64,000 nt of DNA from an uncultured delta proteobacterium (GTDB taxonomy: Bacteria; Myxococcota_A; Polyangia; Polyangiales; Polyangiaceae), in contig CAWDXG010000004.1 of NCBI GenBank assembly GCA_963806225.1, positions 5,536,001 to 5,600,000 on the forward strand. Direction: 5' to 3'. The position numbers and the translations under genes were made by a program. The first letter of the stretch is position 1, and the number at the start of each line of letters is the position of its first letter. Positions 57,806-64,000 of the stretch are shown one piece after another. The notes under the pieces were generated by a model. That model was given only the letters and a program-made list of their open reading frames with translations, was not told the origin of the DNA and made no database searches.

Positions 57806-59255
57806 AGACTGGCAGCGCAGGCTCCGGGGTTCGATCCGGACACTGCTCCTGGCGCTGGTTGCGCTGGGGACGGGCTGCTCCCTGACCCGTCCGAAGATCA
57901 GTGACTGCGATGACAACGCCCAGTGCCAGGCGGCGTTCGGCTACGGCATGGTGTGCGCAAGCGGGCGATGCGAGCGCACCGCGCCGAACAATCGCTGTAC
58001 GGTCGCGCTGCCTCACGACCTCCTGGTGCAGCCCGGCCGCTACGTGGGCTGGCACGTGTACGGCAGCCTGATGGATCGCTCGTCGGCCACGCAGATCGGC
58101 AGGGAAAACGCGATCAAGCTTGCCGTCACCGAGGTCAACAACCAGGCAGGGCTCGAAGGCAAGGGGATGGGGGTCGTGTTCTGCGATATCGCGCAGGACG
58201 CGGACTACGACAACCTGGACCGCACGGAGGCGGCGAAAGCGTCCGCGCTCTACCTGGCGACGCAGATTGGCGCTCCGGCCATCGTGGGGCCGTCGAGCTC
58301 GCCCGACACGCTCGCCGTGTACAACGCGCTGGATAGGCAGAACAACTACGGCACGTTGATCATCTCGCCCGCGGCTACGAGCACCGCGCTGACCGGGGTC
58401 GACACTAAAGATGCGACCGATCTGAATCCGGGTCTCCTGTGGCGGACGGTGCCGCCCGACTCGGTGCAGGGCGACGCCATTGCGCAGTATCTGCTCAAGC
58501 AGGGGCACACGAACGTTTCCATCGTGCAGGAGAGCGGTGCGTACGGCGAAGGGCTGGCTGGCGTGTTCCTGCCGGCGTTCGAGGGCGGGGGCGGCAAGGA
58601 CACCGTCCACATCTTCTCCGACAGCGTCACGCGCGACGCGGCGATCCTCGCTGCTGGTTCGGACCCGGCTCCGGAAGTGCTGTTCATCTCGTCGCAGACC
58701 AGCGACGTTGTCGCCTTCGTCAAGCAAGCCGACGCCTCGGTCAACTACAAGTCCAAGCAACTGTTCCTCACCGACAGCGCGGCCAATTCGGATCTGCTCA
58801 CCCAGGCTGCCGGTGCCAAGGCGATCTTCCCACGCATCCGCGGCAGCCGCGTGCAGATCCCCAGCGGCTCGACCTACCAGGAGTTTGCTGGAGACTACCA
58901 GGCGGAGTTCAACCAGGATCCGGCGCAGCTTTCCTACGTGGCGAATGCCTACGATGCGGCGTGGCTCGTGTTCTACGGTTCGGCGTGGTCGAACTTCCAG
59001 GAAGGCGGCGTCAGCGGTACCGGCATTGCCCGCGGCCTGCGACAGGTGAGCGCGGGAGAACCCGTGCCGATCGTCCCTTCCGACTGGTTCAAGGTGCTCA
59101 CCAGCTTCAAGGCCGGGCAGAGCATCGACGTGGCCGGCGCTTCCAGCACTCTCGACTTCGACCCCATCACCGAGGAAATCCAGGTCGCCGTCGAGATCTG
59201 GGCCATCAACTCCACGAACGACGGCTTCGCCGTGGTGGAGAAGATCCAGCCGTAG
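57789..59255 (+). CDS. Type I periplasmic-binding (LivK-like) lipoprotein with N-terminal Cys-rich module
   Basis: TTG start after GGAGGAG; leader ending GTGC; AIKLAVTEVN, AIVGP, ISPAATS, WRTVPPD, AYDAA. Confidence 0.8.
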   Translation: MSGASEDWQRRLRGSIRTLLLALVALGTGCSLTRPKISDCDDNAQCQAAFGYGMVCASGRCERTAPNNRCTVALPHDLLVQPGRYVGWHVYGSLMDRSSATQIGRENAIKLAVTEVNNQAGLEGKGMGVVFCDIAQDADYDNLDRTEAAKASALYLATQIGAPAIVGPSSSPDTLAVYNALDRQNNYGTLIISPAATSTALTGVDTKDATDLNPGLLWRTVPPDSVQGDAIAQYLLKQGHTNVSIVQESGAYGEGLAGVFLPAFEGGGGKDTVHIFSDSVTRDAAILAAGSDPAPEVLFISSQTSDVVAFVKQADASVNYKSKQLFLTDSAANSDLLTQAAGAKAIFPRIRGSRVQIPSGSTYQEFAGDYQAEFNQDPAQLSYVANAYDAAWLVFYGSAWSNFQEGGVSGTGIARGLRQVSAGEPVPIVPSDWFKVLTSFKAGQSIDVAGASSTLDFDPITEEIQVAVEIWAINSTNDGFAVVEKIQP

Positions 59256-59267
59256 GCCCGCCGCCGC

Positions 59268-59313
59268 GGCGCGTGGCGTGAGGAGGCGTGGCGTGAGGGG
59301 GCGGCGCGGCGCG
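59268..59313 (+). repeat. Short G-rich GGCGY-based repeat tract at the 3' side of the RAYT gene
   Basis: GCGTGGCGTGAGG x2 followed by GGCGC units. Confidence 0.6.
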
Positions 59314-59327
59314 ATGGGCGGCGCGAG

Positions 59328-60146
59328 TCACGTTGCGGTCAGGTCGAGCAAGCCGTGCCGCCGCCATCCACGGCGGAGCATCAAGCCCCGCGCTGTCGCG
59401 ACCTCGCACTCCGCGCCGGGACCGGCCCGCGGATCGCGCGGCCCCAGAGGTGCGGCGCGTGGATCCGCGAACGCGACGTACGCCATGGGCACACCGTGAG
59501 TGCCGCGCCAGCCATCGAACCACACCGCCGACGAGTACGGGTCGACCCAGCCCGGTATGAAACGCCGGCCATTGCGGACGGCGTGCCGCTGCGCGTTGCC
59601 CAGCACGTACGAAAGGACACGCCTGACCTCGAGCGGCGACTCCAGGACGCGCGAATGAAAGCGGTCGGCAAACACCTTCCCGCGCCGCCCCATGACGCGA
59701 TTCAGGCGCCGCGCGATCCGTACGCAGAGGCCCTGGACGCCGCGCGACAGAGCGCGCCGATCCGGAGCCTCGGCCACGATGTGCACGTGGTTCCCCTGGA
59801 CGGAATAGTGGACGAGCCGGAAACCGAAGCGCGCCTTGCCACCGACGAACGCGTTGTACAGCGCGCGGAACATGCGACCCGAGCGCAGATTCCACACGTC
59901 CGCGCGCAGACGCAGCGTGACGTGCACAGGGCGGCGCGGGTTCGGCCCCTCGCGGTGGAGGTGCGAGACACCGGCGCGCTTCCCGGCCGGCTTGCGCCCC
60001 GCACCCCGTCGACGGCCGCCCCAGCTGCGGAACTCGAGCGCAAGCCGGCGCCGCCGGCCGGGTTTCTTGCCGCCGCGGCGGCGCTGACGGGATTTGGCGG
60101 CGTTGGAGCGCTGGGTGCGCGAGATGTCGGTCGGCGGAGCGGGCAT
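59328..60146 (-). mobile_element. REP-associated tyrosine transposase-like HUH (Y1) endonuclease gene, IS200/IS605 superfamily
   Basis: PVHVTLR, YSVQGNHVHIV (HUH), VFADRFHSR, LSYVLGN (catalytic Tyr), DPYSS; N-terminal WGGRRRGAGRK; start approximate. Confidence 0.85.
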
Positions 60147-60248
60147 TGAATCGGCTTTGGGTGACGGCGTGGGCGCGTCATTTTGAATTAGCACTGATTC
60201 GGCAATTGTAAATAGAACGAATGCCGTGAAGTGAGTCAACAACGACGT

Positions 60249-60607
60249 GCGCCGCACCGCACCCCCGCACCGCACCCCCGCGCCGCACCGCACCCCCGCG
60301 CCGCACCGCACCCCCGCGCCGCACCGCACCCCCGCGCCGCACCGCACCCCCGCGCCGCACCGCACCCCCGCGCCGCACCGCACCCCCGCGCCGCACCGCA
60401 CCCCCGCGCCGCACCGCACCCCCGCGCCGCACCGCACCCCCGCGCCGCACCGCACCCCCGCGCCGCACCGCACCCCCGCACCGCACCGCACCCCCGCGCC
60501 GCACCGCACCCCCGCACCGCACCGCACTCCCGCGCCGCGCCGCACCCCCGCGCCGCGCCGCGCCGCGCCGCACCGCACCCCCGCACCGCGCCGCGCCGCA
60601 CTCCCGC
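60249..60607. repeat. Intergenic tandem array of the 18-mer CCGCACCGCACCCCCGCG, about 19-20 units
   Basis: 15 consecutive near-perfect units at 60265-60534, with degenerate units at both ends; no spacers. Confidence 0.95.
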
Positions 60608-60616
60608 CCTGTCGGG

Positions 60617-61396
60617 TTACAGCGTCTGCGTGTTCTGGGCTGCGGCCAAAGCCTGGTCGATGGCGTTGGCGCTGAAGCCGACGAGGATGTGGCCGCCGAT
60701 GTCGATGATGGGGATTTCGCCGGTACGGAGGTGGTTGGCGGCTAGTTTCCGCTGCATCTCGCGGCGCGCGACGGCGTCGCTTTCGATGTCTTTGTGGATC
60801 ACCTTGACGCCGCGCTGCTCGAGGTAGCGCTGCGCGTCGTGGCACGGCTTGCACCAGCTCGCGCCATACAGGATGGCGACCACGCCGTGTTGGCCCGGCG
60901 CTGCGCTGCCGGGGGAGGGCGCCGCCGAGGAAGGCGGAGGGGTGGATGCGCTCGGCGCGAGGGCCTCGAGGCGCTCCTTGCGCCGGCTCGCCCCCTTCTC
61001 GTCCCACTGGGCGCGGGTCATGGTCTTGACCGGATACGTTCCGTCGCCACGCTTCTTCTTCAGGTTGGCGACGTACACGAGCTGGCCGGTGCCGTCCTCG
61101 CGGTTCGTTTCCACGACGCGCACGGCGGAGCGCCCCTGCGCGGGCACATCGCCGGTCTTCTGCACGACGTGGAAGTCGCCCTTCTTGTCGATCCAGGTCA
61201 GAAGCAGGTGCGGCGTGTCGTCCTTCAGCTTCAGTGGCGGTAGCTGGTTCGAGGTCGGGACGGCGCCGGTGTTGTCGTTGCCGGAGTCGCCACCCTTCCC
61301 GTGGCAGGCCTGTGCGAAGGCGCCGACCAGGAGGAGCAGCACGAAGAGCCAGCGGCGGGTGCGCGCCTCGCCTCTAGAAGTTCGGCACTGTGTCAT
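60617..61396 (-). CDS. Lipoprotein with C-terminal glutaredoxin/NrdH-like domain
   Basis: Leader ending AQAC; YGASWCKPC; IPIIDIGG..LVGF. Confidence 0.8.
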   Translation of the reverse strand: MTQCRTSRGEARTRRWLFVLLLLVGAFAQACHGKGGDSGNDNTGAVPTSNQLPPLKLKDDTPHLLLTWIDKKGDFHVVQKTGDVPAQGRSAVRVVETNREDGTGQLVYVANLKKKRGDGTYPVKTMTRAQWDEKGASRRKERLEALAPSASTPPPSSAAPSPGSAAPGQHGVVAILYGASWCKPCHDAQRYLEQRGVKVIHKDIESDAVARREMQRKLAANHLRTGEIPIIDIGGHILVGFSANAIDQALAAAQNTQTL

Positions 61397-61497
61397 CGGT
61401 CCGGGGATCCGCGTCCTGTCTAGCATCCGTTGCGCGGGCTCGCATCCCCGACGTTGCGGTGTTTCGGCCCGGATTCCAGCGCTTCCGCCACTCCAGG

Positions 61498-62946
61498 CTA
61501 CTGCCGGCCGCCCGACCGCTCGGCGAGGATCGCAGCCGATTCCGCCGCGATGTCCTCGACGCAGGCGTCGACGTGCGCCGCGCGGGTGCGGAAAGCGAGC
61601 ACGCAGACGCGCCCCAGATAGCGATCGCCGACCTGGGCGCCCGTGACCATCACGCGCCCGCGCGCGGTCACGCGCCGCATCAGATCGCGGGTGGCCTGGT
61701 TCTCTTCGGGGAGTGTCGAGCCGGGCCAGCCGAGGTGGAACGCGAACAGCGAGAGCTGCGGCGGCGCCACCACTCTGACCCCGGGCAGCTCCGCCACGCG
61801 CCCGGCGGCTTCGACAGCGAGATTGCGCTTCTCCGAGAGCGCTGCGCGGAAGCGCGCCGCGCCGAACATCGACAGCGGCAGCCAGACGCGAAGGCCGCGG
61901 AAGTCGCGCGACAGCTCCGGGCCGTACTCGCTCGGGTCGTAGAACTCGTTGCGGTCCGGGGTCTCGGGCAGGTAGCCGGCGGTGGCGGCATGGGCGGCGC
62001 GCAGCGCCTCGCCGTCGCGAACCAGGAGCGCGCCGGTTCCATACGGCAGAAAGAGCCCCTTGTGCGGGTCGAGCGTGAGCGAGTCGGCGCGCGGCAGGCC
62101 GGCGAGCAGCGGGCGGAGCTCCGGGCACATGTGGAAGAACGCGCCGTACGCGCCGTCGACGTGGTGCCAGAGCCCTTCGCGGGCGGCGATGTCCGCGATG
62201 GCGTCCAGCGGATCCACCGCGCCGGTGTTGGTCGTGCCGGCCGACGACACCACGAGAAAAGGCACGAGCCCCCGCGCGCGGTCTTCGACAATCGCGGCTT
62301 CCAGCGCCTCCGGTCGCATCCGGAAGTCGCAGTCCACCCCGAGGCTGCGCACGCGATCCGGCAGGATACCGGCCAGACGCGCCGTCTTTCCGACCGAATG
62401 GTGTGCCTGCGTGGACGTGTAGAGCACGCCGTCGCGCAGGCGGTCGCCGAGGCGTTGCTCGCGTGCGCTGACGATGGCGCTGAACGTGGCCAGCGTGCCG
62501 CCGCTGGTCAAGAGCCCGCGCGCCGTCGCCGGAAACTGCATCCATCCGGCAAACCAACGCAGCACGTTGGCTTCCAGCTCCACCAGCACCGGTGCGCCCT
62601 GCCACACGCCTGTGTAGCGGTTCACGCCGTTTGCGATCAGATCGGCCAGAGCGGACGGAAACAAACCGCCCCCCGGAATGAACGCCAGATAGCCGGGGCC
62701 AGCCGAGTTGAAAGAGCGATGCACCCAGTCGGCAAACAGCGGGTCGAGCAGCTCGGCGAGCGGAGTGCCCTGTTCGGGGGCGGGCGCCCGGAGCGCGCGG
62801 CACACGTCGGTCACGTCGAGGTCGCCGTGGCACCGGGCCGAGCCGAGCGCGGCGATGTGCTCGACGACGCGGCGGAGCACGTCCTGTCCGAGCTCCAGCA
62901 TCTCGGCGGGCGGAAGCTCGAGCGAGGCGGGATCGTCGTGGGTCAC
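61498..62946 (-). CDS. Group II PLP-dependent decarboxylase (aromatic-L-amino-acid decarboxylase-like)
   Basis: YLAFIPGGG, TSGGT, QAHHSV.K, GTTNTGAVD, HVDGAYG, DPHK. Confidence 0.9.
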   Translation of the reverse strand: MTHDDPASLELPPAEMLELGQDVLRRVVEHIAALGSARCHGDLDVTDVCRALRAPAPEQGTPLAELLDPLFADWVHRSFNSAGPGYLAFIPGGGLFPSALADLIANGVNRYTGVWQGAPVLVELEANVLRWFAGWMQFPATARGLLTSGGTLATFSAIVSAREQRLGDRLRDGVLYTSTQAHHSVGKTARLAGILPDRVRSLGVDCDFRMRPEALEAAIVEDRARGLVPFLVVSSAGTTNTGAVDPLDAIADIAAREGLWHHVDGAYGAFFHMCPELRPLLAGLPRADSLTLDPHKGLFLPYGTGALLVRDGEALRAAHAATAGYLPETPDRNEFYDPSEYGPELSRDFRGLRVWLPLSMFGAARFRAALSEKRNLAVEAAGRVAELPGVRVVAPPQLSLFAFHLGWPGSTLPEENQATRDLMRRVTARGRVMVTGAQVGDRYLGRVCVLAFRTRAAHVDACVEDIAAESAAILAERSGGRQ

Positions 62947-63023
62947 GGCGGTGAGTATGCTCGATGTCGCGCCGGCCGGGAGGCGTCATTGCCGCCGCTG
63001 GCGCATCGTGCCATCGAGTTTTC

Positions 63024-64000
63024 ATGACTTTGTCCGCGAGTGTTTCCGCGACTTCCGCGCCGCGCCGCGAGCGCTACGAGCAGCGGGCCGGCCTGCACGT
63101 GCTCCGCCTCTCCGGCGACGACTACGAGATGGGCTACCAGCACGGCCAGCTGCTCCGCGAGGCGATGGCGCGCGGGCCCGTGCCCTACTTCGAGGAATAC
63201 ATCGAGAAGCTGATCGGTACCTCGCTGGGGCCGTCTGCGGGGCGCATCGCCGCGAAGCTGCTCGCGGCGACGGTGGGGCGGCGTGTGGCCCGCGGCTTTC
63301 CGCCGCACGCCCGGCGCGCGCTCCACGGTCTGGCCGACGGCGCCGGGCTCGGCCGCCGCGCGCTCATGGGCGCCGTGACCATGCCGGAGAGCTATCTGTG
63401 GGTGCTCAAGCTCATCATGCAGCTCGAGCGGCCCGCCCCCGCGCCGCGCCACGCGGTGCCGCTGATGGGCTGCACCAGCGCGATGGCGTGGGGCGAGGCG
63501 ACGCGCGACGGCGCGCTGCTGCATGGACGCAACTTCGACTACCAGGGCGTGGGCGCGTGGGATCGCGAGCAGGCGGTGGTGTTCCACCGGCCGAGCGACG
63601 GGCAGCCCTACGTGTCGGTGGCGGCGGCGGGCATCCTGTTCGGCGGCATTACCGCGATGAATGAAGCGGGGCTGTCGCTCGTGGTGCACCAGCACATGGC
63701 CTCGACCGATCTGCGCCTGGGCGGCACGCCCATCGGCGTCACCGGCGACCAGGTGATGCGGTACGCGAAGAATCTGGACGACGCGCAGCGCATCCTCGAC
63801 GAGGACACGCCGAACGGTTGCTGGACCTACGTGATCGGCTCGGCGCGCGAGCAGGCCGCGCTCTGTTACGAGATCACGCCGCGCGGGCGCGCCGCCTTCC
63901 GCATCGACGATGGCAGCTTCGGTTACAGCAACATCTATCTGGATCCGCGCCTGGCGGAGAGCGAGCTGAACCTGTATCCCTCGCACTGGCGCAACAACAC
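63024..64000 (+). CDS. C45 family autoproteolytic acyltransferase/peptidase (Ntn hydrolase), 3'-truncated by window edge
   Basis: Translated by hand from ATG 63024 (absent from ORF track): LSGDDYEMGYQHG, MG|CTS, LLHGRNFDY, TAMNEAGL. Confidence 0.85.
   Translation, partial: MTLSASVSATSAPRRERYEQRAGLHVLRLSGDDYEMGYQHGQLLREAMARGPVPYFEEYIEKLIGTSLGPSAGRIAAKLLAATVGRRVARGFPPHARRALHGLADGAGLGRRALMGAVTMPESYLWVLKLIMQLERPAPAPRHAVPLMGCTSAMAWGEATRDGALLHGRNFDYQGVGAWDREQAVVFHRPSDGQPYVSVAAAGILFGGITAMNEAGLSLVVHQHMASTDLRLGGTPIGVTGDQVMRYAKNLDDAQRILDEDTPNGCWTYVIGSAREQAALCYEITPRGRAAFRIDDGSFGYSNIYLDPRLAESELNLYPSHWRNN

Noticed and set aside
60249..60607. CRISPR array or other spacer-bearing guide array
   Set aside because: Units are contiguous and near-identical with no unique spacers, and no cas or RAMP gene is in the window
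60178..60827. Repeat-protein ORFs (PHRTPA, RRGGAV, RGCGAA, HPRAAP)
   Set aside because: An 18-bp unit without stops is open in all frames; variation does not favour one frame and no translation signals were seen
59328..61007. 559-aa ORF fusing the array to the transposase
   Set aside because: It overlaps the glutaredoxin gene and crosses the AT-rich promoter-like tract; a start near 60146 is more plausible, although the open frame is real

Overview
High-GC chromosomal segment with gene content typical of Myxococcota, most likely Polyangiaceae-like (inferred from six Ser/Thr kinases, an FHA-AAA+ regulator and many Gly/Cys-rich lipoproteins). About 47 CDS. Housekeeping genes include dapB, lgt, thiC behind a TPP riboswitch, lspA, hslO, yacG, glyS, ppdK, hemL, an M3 oligopeptidase, glyA, astB and an AlaX-type editing protein. 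Six single-base insertions interrupt five genes, including essential glyS, and are most likely assembly errors. The most unusual elements are: (1) a four-gene nonulosonic-acid module (NeuB, NeuA, NeuC) whose only transferase is a chimeric protein with a Kdo-transferase-like half; (2) a stand-alone His-Gly-Ser x14 repeat peptide resembling His-Xaa-Ser RiPP precursors, with no maturase nearby; (3) a RAYT-type HUH tyrosine transposase flanked by a ~360-bp non-palindromic 18-mer array on one side and a short related tract on the other; (4) a recurring -10 box 6-8 nt before start codons, suggesting widespread leaderless mRNAs; (5) a CarH-like B12 regulator with a candidate operator but no carotenoid genes nearby. 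No rRNA, tRNA or CRISPR array was seen. All calls come from motif recognition by eye; no database searches were run.
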